A DNA stretch of 64,000 bases, from the IMG/VR virus record IMGVR_UViG_3300002026_000005; one strand, 5' to 3'. Both the position numbers and the translations under genes were made by a program. This stretch comes from a virus. A model generated the notes under the pieces. That model was not told the origin of the DNA, searched no databases, and was given only the letters and a program-made list of their open reading frames with translations. Within the stretch, counting starts at the first letter, position 1, and every line of letters starts with the position of its first letter. This document shows, piece after piece, positions 52,001 through 60,465 of the stretch.

Positions 52001-55000
52001 CCTCTTATCGAGATGGTTTATTTCGGCCCTGTCTCCGAGAAGGAACTCATCGAATCCCACAACGGTCTCTCCTCTTATGGCTCCGATCTTCTGTAAGCCA
52101 GATATGAGAGAAGACTTGATGGAAGAACTCGAGTTACTCAGCCTCTGGGAAAGTTCCTCAACAGACATCGACTTAGATGGCCATCTGGAGAAATGTTCTG
52201 TTTCGGCATAGGTTATTTCTCCCATACCCACAACAGCCTTTCGGATCCATTTGGTGCGGGTGTTCGTGAACATCCTGTTGTCACTCACATTCTCTTCCGA
52301 AACCATTCCTTCAGAATCGATTTTTCCCTCAAAGATTTCCCTGATGGATGGTTGAGCCACGAAGAACGACACCGTCTCTAAGTCGATTCCCATCATCAGC
52401 ATCGCCACAATCGTGTTGATACTCTTCTTGTTCCATCCCAACGGGATTGGCTGCTTGATGATATCGAAGAAGTTCGCAGGAAGTTTTGCCAACACCTGGG
52501 TAATGGTAAGACCCTTGTCCATACCTTCTGCAGAACCAAACAAGATTTCTCCGTTCAGGCCCTCATTCCAACCCAAGTGCTTGTGTTTCACGATGACACC
52601 AGTCTCTTCTCCCTTTCCGTTTAGAACAATCTCTACTGCCTTTCCGAATGTCTTGAGAAGGTTTTCCTTCTCAGAGATATCGTAGTAGACAGGAACTTCT
52701 TTGAAGGCTGTTGCCCTGATCTTCTGGAAGATATGGAGCGCGGCCAAGGACTTTGCTCCGATACCTTTCAGAGTCACACCATTCACGGCAGCCTCTCTGA
52801 ACAGGAATTGACCCATAACTGAAGTCGGAACGATATCTTTCTCGTCTATCTTGTAGAGAGCCGAGATGATGTCCTTTATCCTAGTTATCTCCTTGAAAGA
52901 AGCCGGGTCAGTCATTTCCTTGTGGGAATCCTTGTGCTTCAGAATAGAGGAGAAGATATCCACGATCTTGTTCTGTTCAGCCATGAAGAACTTCCTTTCC
53001 AATAGGGAGAGTTCTTTCTTCTCCTTCTCTTCAAGAACGTCTTTCTCTAGCAGTTGGGCGTAACGGAAGTCTTCTTCTTCTGTCATTCGTAGTAACTTAA
53101 CCTTGTCTTTCATGGACTCGGACATTTCTTCCTCAGTCATTTCTTCGTCCGAAAACAGCATCGTTCTCAGATCCATTCCATTGTCCTTCATCAGGTTGTA
53201 GTACATAAAAAAGTACTTGTCTCCGTCGAAATCGAGACCCGAAACTCCCTGTATCTCATGGGGTCCGACTACTACTCCCCTGTAGACATCTGGAAGGAAT
53301 CCGACTATCTTGTAACGGATGGTGGAGTACTTTGCCTCAGTCGGGATCCTGGCACAAATTCCTGACAAAACCTCATCGCTGAGCTCGTCTATGCTGAACC
53401 TGTTCAGGATTCCTTGTGGACGAGCCACAAGGATTTCGACCTCAGTAACTTCCCCATTCTCCAATTTGGAGAACTGGAGTCTTCCTGGTGCCTTCTTCGA
53501 GCTCCATTCGATTCCCCCAACATTCTTGTCCCAAACGTAACCTTCTGGCTTCTTGAAGCCTAGGGCCGAAACGTTCACGGCAGAGCCTCCAGGAGTACTC
53601 TCTTTCTGAACCGAGTTCCACATGGATGCGAGCATCGATTCGAATTGGTAGGCGAGACCCGGCACGTCGAGGAACATCTTCTCAACAAGCTCAATAGAGT
53701 TTGACGGGATCCGTCCAGAGTTCCGGATCTGGTCTATTACTGTTTGGTACAGTTCTAGTCCTGACTGCTTCAGCTCGATCTCGGTAGAAATCTTCTCGGC
53801 AATGTTGAACATGGTTTTCTCATAGAGTTTCATCAGGTCCGAACCCTTCATCGTACTTCCTCCAACCTCATACTCGGCCTCCAAATTCATGTTGGAGAAG
53901 ATGAGTTTCCTCAGCTGGGTTAGAGCCGAGGCATCATCGTCCTTGAAGTGGTCTGGAAAATCCTGTTGGGTTCCGAGTTTCTCTATTGGTAACTCCCTTA
54001 CCATACTCTTGTCGAACTTGGTTTCGTCTACAGTCTCATCAGAGTTGAAAATATTCATCACTGAAGTCATTCCGACCTTGAAGGCTGATGGTGGTACCGC
54101 CATATCTACTTCGTTCTCTTCCATAAACTTCCTGAGCTTCTCTAGTTCCGGCAAGGAACTCGTGATGGCTTTCGAGAGTATGAAGAATCCGGCCTTGATC
54201 TGGTTAGCACTATCGAACACGACCTGATCTCCATCAGCTGTGTCGTATGATATTTGTTGTCTATCGAAATAGAAGAGCTTCAGGACAGGAAAGAATTCCT
54301 TCTGGAGACTCTTATTCTCACTATTGAATAGGGTTCCATTGTCTGCCGCATCCAGAGCTTTCTCTAGACTCTCAGTGAGTTGGTTACGGCTACGGAAGTA
54401 GTCCTTCGCAAACTTTACTGATACGAATACCTGACCATTGTTTACCTCTGCATTTCCCTCTACCTCAACATCATTCGTCTGGATAACTCTGAAGTTCGGT
54501 CTGTCCCACAAGTGACGTAGAGCAGGAGACACCATTTGTTTGGCTCTCTTGTTTGTCTCCAACATACTCTTGTAGAGATAGATGTCTCCATTGAGCTCCC
54601 TAAACTGGGTGCTGTAGGCGAGATGGGAATTGATGACGAAGCTGTAGATGAATTCTTCAGGAGTGATGTTTCTCTCCAAGAAGTTTCCATTGTCTCCATT
54701 GATGTTTGTCTTGACGACATTATCCAAGAAGGTTCTGTACAGTTTTCCGGCTTCGGTCTTCGTCTTCTGTTTCTTGAAGTCGGCGAGGAATATCTTCGAC
54801 ATACTTTCGACATCCTTCTTGATAAAGTCGGCAATCAACTTCTCTATCCTTTGGTATGACATCGACTGGGGCATCTGTCTCAATTCCTCCTCAGTAACAT
54901 TACTATTACCGACCTCATTGTAGACATCGAAAAAGGCATCCTTCATGAAGATTCCCCTGCTATGGAGACTCTTGATGTCCGACACTGTTCTCCCATCAAC

Positions 55001-57697
55001 TTTCAGGTGAAGGAACTTGAATGCATTTCCTACTGGAAATACATCCTCGAGAGTACTTACGTCGGCTCCAGTGTCATAGTTTTCATCCATGAAATTTCCG
55101 TTCACCTTTGATTGGTAGACAAACTTCTTATTCTTGATGATGACTCTTCTGTTCTTAGACTTGGATTCCATAATGAGAACCTCTCCGTCTGAAGCGATTA
55201 GGTAGTGAGCAAACTGGACAAGCTTTGTTGTATCAAGATTCTTGTTGAAGAAATGTTGACCCTTCTCATCCAGAGTGACTTCTGTGTTCCACTTTGAGGT
55301 GTCGAAAAAGATTCGGTTGTTGTCCCAAACTCTTTTCATCTCCTCTCGGATGCTGTTGAAGACGGCTCTGAACATCGGATTCGATTCGTGGTTGATGAAC
55401 TCCGCCACATCTTTCGCATTATTCTCATCACTCCAGTCAACTGTGTAGCTGAAAGAGTCCTGAAAGTAGTGGCCTTCGATACCGATACGATTCTCATTCT
55501 TTCCGACATAAATCTCTGCTTCCGAATTAAATATCGATGTACTGTCTGAAGGGATCACGATAGGCACAACTGCCTTGCCGTTCTTGAACCCATTCATGAA
55601 GTTTATCATCGTCAAGTATCTCCAGTCCTTCTTAGATAGACCCAAGTATTTCGAACCTTTTCCGGTGCTGCTGTTCCTCATACCCCCAATAGAATGGACT
55701 TTTCCGAAACGTCTAGGCATGCCAGATTTCTCGTTCTTCAGGCTCTCTTCAGTTAGGTGGTTGTATTGGGAGATACCGAACTCTTTCTCTCCCGAGAAGT
55801 TTATCATCGTATTCTCGACACTCTCGATAGAGAAGATGGCAAGAAGCTTCGATACCCTTTTTAGGGAAGAGTTCTCATCCTGGACATTCAGTTGGTCGAG
55901 ACTAATCTCATAGGCAGACTTCTGGGAATTTATGTCATTGATGAACGCCTCTAGAAGCTCTTGGGGTTGAAGGTTGCCTATTCTATTCTTATGAATGTTG
56001 TAGGCGGCAACCGTGATGATTCCGTTTGGACGGTAACCATACTCGGTATCCCACTCTCCATTGGAGAAGTTCGTCTTCTTTTCGTCCATGTTTACTTGGC
56101 TATAGAACACGTTTCCTCCCTCAATAGAGACTCCCAAGATCCTCCAAAGCCTTCCCAAAGTCAGGGCATACAACGCGCTGTCTTTCGAGAACTTCTTCAG
56201 GTTGTCCAACGTCTTGAAGATCTCTGACTCAGGATCATTCAGGCCATTACCGACAAGAGTCTTTTTCAACTCAGAGTTGTCCCTAATCTTCACGATCTGG
56301 GAAGCAATCATCTTCGAGATCCTCATCTGGATATGGTCGTTGGTTGAGGTCTTGTTTGCCTTGTAGGTAGAACTAATCATCTGGCCTTTGGTTTCTCTAA
56401 GAGACACACCAAACACTTCTTGTTTCTTCTTCCTGAATAGGTTGAACCAGTCGACCTTGAACTTCTGGTCGTTCTTCATCAGGTTGGATATCTCGAGGAA
56501 ACTTGAGTTCACCATCTTGCCGAGGAATTCAAGCTTCTCTATCATCTCTTCTACTGTGAGTAGGTCAGATAGTTGGTTGCCGAGGTAGCTCTTGTATTTG
56601 CTCAGGATGAATGGGGTATCGATACCTCCAAAACCCTTCACGGGAATCACACTACCTTCTGTGAACGAGATCTTCTCGCTGATACGTGCAAGCTGTATCA
56701 GGATGTAGGGACTTGGCACATGGGGATCTACCTTCAGATGACTTCCGTCAGCAAAAGAGGTTCTCTCATGGGACACTATTTCTGTCACCTTGTCCGTATC
56801 AAGCTCGAGCATCGAGATATTGAACTCATCATAAATTACTTTTGTCGCGTGTTCAAAGAAGCCGCTGTTGTTTATGGCACCCACTACTCTCCTCAGTTGG
56901 TTGATAGAGGAACTAATAGCGTCCACATTCATCCACTTTCCATAGGAGAATCCTTCGGTTTCCATCTGGACAACAGACGAATTCCTCTTGATGAAGTCGA
57001 CGTCTTCCTTGGTGAGCTCCTTGCGACCCTTGCGGCCGTCTATCTCTAACAGCTCAGTTAGGATTTCTATCCTCCTGTTTAGTTCAGACAGGACAGAATT
57101 CTTTGAAGCAGTCTGGATAAGTCCCGAAACAGTTCGACTCTTGTCTTTCGACATGAAACTGAGTAGTTCTGTTCGAACAGTCTCTTTGGCATCCTCTAAG
57201 ACTGAGTCAAGTTTCTCTTCCATCGCATCAAGTTTCCTCGACACCGCCAGAATCTGGGAGTCCAACTTTGACAACATCTGTCTCAAGACAACTGTGTCAG
57301 ATTCAGATAAGTTTTTTATCTCATCAACAAGACGCTCTCTTTCGGCAGTAAGTTTGGAGAACTCTAGACTCTTCTTGTCCAGAAGTTCAGACCTCTTTCC
57401 CAACCCGCTTTGGACATAGATTTTCTCCACAAGAGCCTTAATACGCTTGTCCTCAATGGCACTCGGGTTCTCGATTTTGGACACGATGTCCTCAATGAGT
57501 TCTGTCAGGGCATTCTTTGTCTGAACGCCGGCCTCATCCATAACCTCTGTGTTGGTCAGGATGGAATAGAGACTCTTTATGGCCTCGTGTTGTTCAGAGA
57601 AGGAGGAGAACTCTGAGAAAGACGAATGTCTTTCTATTCCCTCTATCATCTTCTGAACTCTTCGCTGTGAATTGCTTTTGAATCGACCTCTTTCCAT
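49013..57697 (-). CDS. giant virion-type two-barrel RNA polymerase (crAss-like / phi14:2 gp66-type) with a C-terminal DUF4326-like module
   Basis: 2894-aa uninterrupted ORF. The beta-prime-like DPBB motif ARIPTEAKYS...VVVGPHEIQGVSGLDFDGDKYFFMY places DFDGDK at 53216-53233. The C-terminal segment YVFIGRG...RHYGNPE...LVCFGAHGKGTSYRCHGEVLLDAI (about 49540-49879) matches the DUF4326 pattern. The ORF is bounded on both sides by TGA, not TAA or TAG. Confidence 0.8.
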   Translation of the reverse strand: MERGRFKSNSQRRVQKMIEGIERHSSFSEFSSFSEQHEAIKSLYSILTNTEVMDEAGVQTKNALTELIEDIVSKIENPSAIEDKRIKALVEKIYVQSGLGKRSELLDKKSLEFSKLTAERERLVDEIKNLSESDTVVLRQMLSKLDSQILAVSRKLDAMEEKLDSVLEDAKETVRTELLSFMSKDKSRTVSGLIQTASKNSVLSELNRRIEILTELLEIDGRKGRKELTKEDVDFIKRNSSVVQMETEGFSYGKWMNVDAISSSINQLRRVVGAINNSGFFEHATKVIYDEFNISMLELDTDKVTEIVSHERTSFADGSHLKVDPHVPSPYILIQLARISEKISFTEGSVIPVKGFGGIDTPFILSKYKSYLGNQLSDLLTVEEMIEKLEFLGKMVNSSFLEISNLMKNDQKFKVDWFNLFRKKKQEVFGVSLRETKGQMISSTYKANKTSTNDHIQMRISKMIASQIVKIRDNSELKKTLVGNGLNDPESEIFKTLDNLKKFSKDSALYALTLGRLWRILGVSIEGGNVFYSQVNMDEKKTNFSNGEWDTEYGYRPNGIITVAAYNIHKNRIGNLQPQELLEAFINDINSQKSAYEISLDQLNVQDENSSLKRVSKLLAIFSIESVENTMINFSGEKEFGISQYNHLTEESLKNEKSGMPRRFGKVHSIGGMRNSSTGKGSKYLGLSKKDWRYLTMINFMNGFKNGKAVVPIVIPSDSTSIFNSEAEIYVGKNENRIGIEGHYFQDSFSYTVDWSDENNAKDVAEFINHESNPMFRAVFNSIREEMKRVWDNNRIFFDTSKWNTEVTLDEKGQHFFNKNLDTTKLVQFAHYLIASDGEVLIMESKSKNRRVIIKNKKFVYQSKVNGNFMDENYDTGADVSTLEDVFPVGNAFKFLHLKVDGRTVSDIKSLHSRGIFMKDAFFDVYNEVGNSNVTEEELRQMPQSMSYQRIEKLIADFIKKDVESMSKIFLADFKKQKTKTEAGKLYRTFLDNVVKTNINGDNGNFLERNITPEEFIYSFVINSHLAYSTQFRELNGDIYLYKSMLETNKRAKQMVSPALRHLWDRPNFRVIQTNDVEVEGNAEVNNGQVFVSVKFAKDYFRSRNQLTESLEKALDAADNGTLFNSENKSLQKEFFPVLKLFYFDRQQISYDTADGDQVVFDSANQIKAGFFILSKAITSSLPELEKLRKFMEENEVDMAVPPSAFKVGMTSVMNIFNSDETVDETKFDKSMVRELPIEKLGTQQDFPDHFKDDDASALTQLRKLIFSNMNLEAEYEVGGSTMKGSDLMKLYEKTMFNIAEKISTEIELKQSGLELYQTVIDQIRNSGRIPSNSIELVEKMFLDVPGLAYQFESMLASMWNSVQKESTPGGSAVNVSALGFKKPEGYVWDKNVGGIEWSSKKAPGRLQFSKLENGEVTEVEILVARPQGILNRFSIDELSDEVLSGICARIPTEAKYSTIRYKIVGFLPDVYRGVVVGPHEIQGVSGLDFDGDKYFFMYYNLMKDNGMDLRTMLFSDEEMTEEEMSESMKDKVKLLRMTEEEDFRYAQLLEKDVLEEKEKKELSLLERKFFMAEQNKIVDIFSSILKHKDSHKEMTDPASFKEITRIKDIISALYKIDEKDIVPTSVMGQFLFREAAVNGVTLKGIGAKSLAALHIFQKIRATAFKEVPVYYDISEKENLLKTFGKAVEIVLNGKGEETGVIVKHKHLGWNEGLNGEILFGSAEGMDKGLTITQVLAKLPANFFDIIKQPIPLGWNKKSINTIVAMLMMGIDLETVSFFVAQPSIREIFEGKIDSEGMVSEENVSDNRMFTNTRTKWIRKAVVGMGEITYAETEHFSRWPSKSMSVEELSQRLSNSSSSIKSSLISGLQKIGAIRGETVVGFDEFLLGDRAEINHLDKRSMFSALKAHAASVVGDKDGQRSMTKTDMAFQLEMLNIFKNINGIAFRVQEATQVVDADTRSSGPEVMNTLKFKSKMEKVSQAKDCIRTIDGTPVAEAIYGPDSKYDVLKTFFTKALNKSLGIIAPHFMKYSPAFLGVLQRLDAFNRDVDYISSITSTLERKIMFNYYRKNLEDQMLKAGKKGIDAQIQREKIFLIGMKLFNVYSNGRVIRIDMVEPKTIADKDAVKRTDSGQRLKATFPELWDAVVNLRTLLNSKAKSNEQVFSFDVGQKRNSRIHNLKVMLRNIAPNEEELKAGFKSIGSLVELIDILRLSGEFNEDSIVHKLVPMTQPGETQDNSFMSLFQFKDPRDRIFIQTIMDELESMLEGNNGGTEVERGISEVKKQFGVLLIKHTILSNQMDFSNNSVIKVIPPRFFLENLGFEGQSFTSFTDAMKIELNDPTYFLREGNGGINILDEIHGNNAYNSDVVPRLNEGVVNDKGWMSEVDGVRVLEMDSWETYSGSPYLMIPSVVTNEQLSKTSVRFLRVMSNDNGKLFKKIGDRKDGKKKINVYIEVPILSESNGKFFEFGLPSLQTVSRSLFRKTKDKDGNDIEMFESTNDRAIRIAEKLGVRLMMTGNAMTDMLSEVVSSNQDGSDLDGIIFRYDEIIDLETMVEEIEKFKVSFSSELLDKALVLVKDKMKTEKSRNINNSKLSMTLKEQSDDNGVMDDYVFIGRGAQNMSRNRHYGNPEMFGADDHLNLNRSVDLFEAWLMSELDPDGYTHKVFIGQDGEEMTTKETEPERRSWIVSKILSGNLDDKTLVCFGAHGKGTSYRCHGEVLLDAIKRFGPKSDPDGEKATKKFGFTLDAVTESKQEQTRKDMRKSSISNKFIYAEKGIYNEKRSSTLSYANSAKTRGIPVNDTSYESDDIVFVSNSGGEGEFGASQLKFENTKANMEKAIEAGASFAMDSTEYSSKNNFINGSHSEHAIIKWLLGQGYEEKPNGDTSVYVKTWKTEKKA

Positions 57698-57718
57698 TTG
57701 TTTGATTGTTAGGTTTGT

Positions 57719-58477
57719 TCAGGCACGCTTATTTCCAAGCATGCTTCTGATTGTTGTTATTAGGTTCTCGAAAAATGTCCACACCGATTCTGGTATGAAC
57801 GAAGGTCGTCTGTAATACTTCACACTGACGTCCTCATACATGTCCGCTAATCTTTCTTCTAGCAAGATCTCTCTCGCCTCATCCAACTCCACTCCACTCA
57901 TCTTCATCTGGGAAGACAGTTCGTCTTCACCGATCTTGAACATGGCTTTCGCCTCCTTCAGGATCTTTTCTCTTGTTTTCGCATCCAAACTCCAGAAGAT
58001 TAGGTGAAACACTTCGTGTCTCAGAACCTTCTTGTTTGCACCCTGCGATAGGTGTATCATCCCGTTTGCCATGTAACCCCACAGCTTACGGCCTTTCTTC
58101 TTTATTATTCCTTCATGAAAACTAACAAGGTCCTCGTCTCCGAGAAGCCTATCTATCTCCTCAATAACTTCTTCATCACTCTCTATACTATTTCCAAGAT
58201 GTCTCGAGTCTTCCTCGAAAGGTTTGGTTCTAAATATATCCTCTACGTCCCTAAGTAAACTTTCTTGATCATCTTTCGGATCCTTAACGGTCTTCCCGGC
58301 CTCAACTATTGGAGCTGTCTCTATCGAGTCTGGTTTCTTTGCCCTACTTACTCTCATCTTCTTCACGAGCAACTTCATCCTGCTCTCTGGGGAGTCCTCG
58401 AAATGGGTCAAGATCTTTCCTTTCGCATCCCGAACACTTCCGACGTCTGTGGTCAGACCAAAGGTCTCAACCAACAT
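57719..58477 (-). CDS. zincin-like HExxH metallopeptidase module, in frame with both flanking ORFs
   Basis: HEVFH lies at 58004-58018 and is followed by EERLADMYED. The module is joined upstream through TGA 58571-58573 plus 31 open codons. It is joined downstream through TGA 57719-57721 plus 7 codons to the polymerase ATG. Confidence 0.6.
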   Translation of the reverse strand: MLVETFGLTTDVGSVRDAKGKILTHFEDSPESRMKLLVKKMRVSRAKKPDSIETAPIVEAGKTVKDPKDDQESLLRDVEDIFRTKPFEEDSRHLGNSIESDEEVIEEIDRLLGDEDLVSFHEGIIKKKGRKLWGYMANGMIHLSQGANKKVLRHEVFHLIFWSLDAKTREKILKEAKAMFKIGEDELSSQMKMSGVELDEAREILLEERLADMYEDVSVKYYRRPSFIPESVWTFFENLITTIRSMLGNKRA

Positions 58478-58570
58478 CTCTTTGTAGCTGCCGTATTCCT
58501 TACCGACTCTATCTACACTCAGATCCTTTCCGATCCTGTCCCCGTGTCTTGCCGACTTACCAAAACTGTT

Positions 58571-60397
58571 TCAGTTGATATTCCTCTTCATGTCTTTCCA
58601 CATGCCGTGGTTCAGAAGTAGTTGTTCCAACTCGACTTCAGTCATCTCGACAGACTTCTTCTCGAAAAGACTTCCTTTTACTACAGTCCCATCAGTGATG
58701 ACACCAACTGGAGTAGAAACGATCGAACTCATCTGGGAATCACTAAGTTTAGTTCCGTCTCCGAAGTCGGTTCTCATGTCGAAGTGATTGAAGACCGAAA
58801 CCTCATAGATGGTTCCACTCGCATCCGAACGGGGCACTATCTCCATCGTCTTGAAAACTCCTGCACTTCCCTTTGGTTTCCGAGTGGTTGTACTGGAGTC
58901 TCTCCACGTAATGGATACACGCCCACCTTCTTTCGATGCCCTAATAGTTTGAGTCATAAGGTTCTCGTCATACATCCCATTACTCCACTCAGTAGACCCG
59001 AGTATTCCACTCTCGACAAGACTCGCAACCTCATCAAGTGTCGTGTTACAATACTTGATACCAGTGTCTTCACTCTTGTAGGCCTTATCCATCTTGATTG
59101 GCCTATAGTCGTGACCCGTAACAAACACCGTATCGAGCACTAGTTTCAGGGCCTCAGGGTTCTGTCTCCCAACCAGACTTCCGAGAAGGAAGTTTATGGT
59201 GTTGTCGACATCCCTATTGTCTGTGAGTGTTCCTGTCTGGAGAGGGATGTACATGAATCTCTTCTCACCAGATTGGTCATTGTACTGGATGCGGGTGTAG
59301 ACTTTTCCCACTTCAAAAGAAGGAGCACCAGCCACATTGGTTCCGGACTCATCGACGCTCACGAACTGGTTGGAGGCCATAGACACGTGGAACAACTCTA
59401 CCTTGTCGGCTTTCTTCCCGAACGCCGTTGTCAACTTCATCTGACCCCAACCTGACTCGTCCTTTCCTCTAGCCTTTATCACCCTGCCTCCAGTTGTACC
59501 GAAAACTTCCACCGAGCTACGGAAGCCCTTGTCGACCTTGATGTTTTCGAAGAAGTCGTGGCGGAAAGCAGACAACTTCTCTCTCTCCCTATACATCTGG
59601 AGCAACCTCAGACTCTCTCTCCTAAGAAGGATTTCGTCGGCCTTTATGGCTCTCGAGATTTCTGGAGTAGAGACCCCTATAGACTTGTTGGCCTTGATTC
59701 GGGCACGGGCGTCTTCCATCGAGGAAGTTATCCTCCTCATGTAGTCGTCCGTAACCTTTATCGTCGGAATTCCGTACTCCACAACCTCCTTAGTGTTCCC
59801 ATCAATCACAACGGTTCTCTTTGAGGCAATTGGGAGGTTCTCGGCAGAGAAGTCATAGTGTTCCTTTCCGACAGCACTCTCATCGAAGACGAGGTCTATC
59901 TTGAAACTCTTGGCTGATACTGATGATGACGCCTCAAACATCTGTCTCTTGGCCGAGTCATCAGCAACCTCATAACCGAACTCGGTTCTGTTTAGTCCCG
60001 ACATCGGCTCTATGGGAAGAAGGATATCACTCAGCTTCTGTTCATTCTGGGGAATGGACTTGATGATGGACTCGGCCACGGCATCGAAGGTTCTGAGCTT
60101 CTGCTCCCCATTCTCGATGTGGGCGATTCCCTCTATAAAGTAGTCCTCAGCCTTCTGGTTTCTGTCCATAAGGAGACGAGCAATGTTCTCGTACTCAGTC
60201 TTCAGAGACGCCTTATTCCTCATGAAAGTCTCACCAGTAATACCGAGTTCCATAAGCAAACTCTTGATAGAGATCGTTATCGGAACCCCAGTAGACTTGG
60301 CACTTCTACGAGTCTGGTCAGTAAATTCTCTCTCCCCAATCCTCCTGATAGCTGCGGAGATCAACTCCATTGCCTCTTCGGCACAAATTCCTATCAT
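58571..60397 (-). CDS. N-terminal module of the polymerase polyprotein frame (608 aa, function unknown)
   Basis: The ATG at 60397 is bounded upstream by an in-frame TAG. The ORF ends at a TGA and continues in frame. Confidence 0.55.
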   Translation of the reverse strand: MIGICAEEAMELISAAIRRIGEREFTDQTRRSAKSTGVPITISIKSLLMELGITGETFMRNKASLKTEYENIARLLMDRNQKAEDYFIEGIAHIENGEQKLRTFDAVAESIIKSIPQNEQKLSDILLPIEPMSGLNRTEFGYEVADDSAKRQMFEASSSVSAKSFKIDLVFDESAVGKEHYDFSAENLPIASKRTVVIDGNTKEVVEYGIPTIKVTDDYMRRITSSMEDARARIKANKSIGVSTPEISRAIKADEILLRRESLRLLQMYREREKLSAFRHDFFENIKVDKGFRSSVEVFGTTGGRVIKARGKDESGWGQMKLTTAFGKKADKVELFHVSMASNQFVSVDESGTNVAGAPSFEVGKVYTRIQYNDQSGEKRFMYIPLQTGTLTDNRDVDNTINFLLGSLVGRQNPEALKLVLDTVFVTGHDYRPIKMDKAYKSEDTGIKYCNTTLDEVASLVESGILGSTEWSNGMYDENLMTQTIRASKEGGRVSITWRDSSTTTRKPKGSAGVFKTMEIVPRSDASGTIYEVSVFNHFDMRTDFGDGTKLSDSQMSSIVSTPVGVITDGTVVKGSLFEKKSVEMTEVELEQLLLNHGMWKDMKRNIN

Positions 60398-60465
60398 CTG
60401 TTTTCTATTAAAATTGTTCTATATTGTTTCCCATGTCTTTACTTCTATCATTAGTGTATGGCTTA

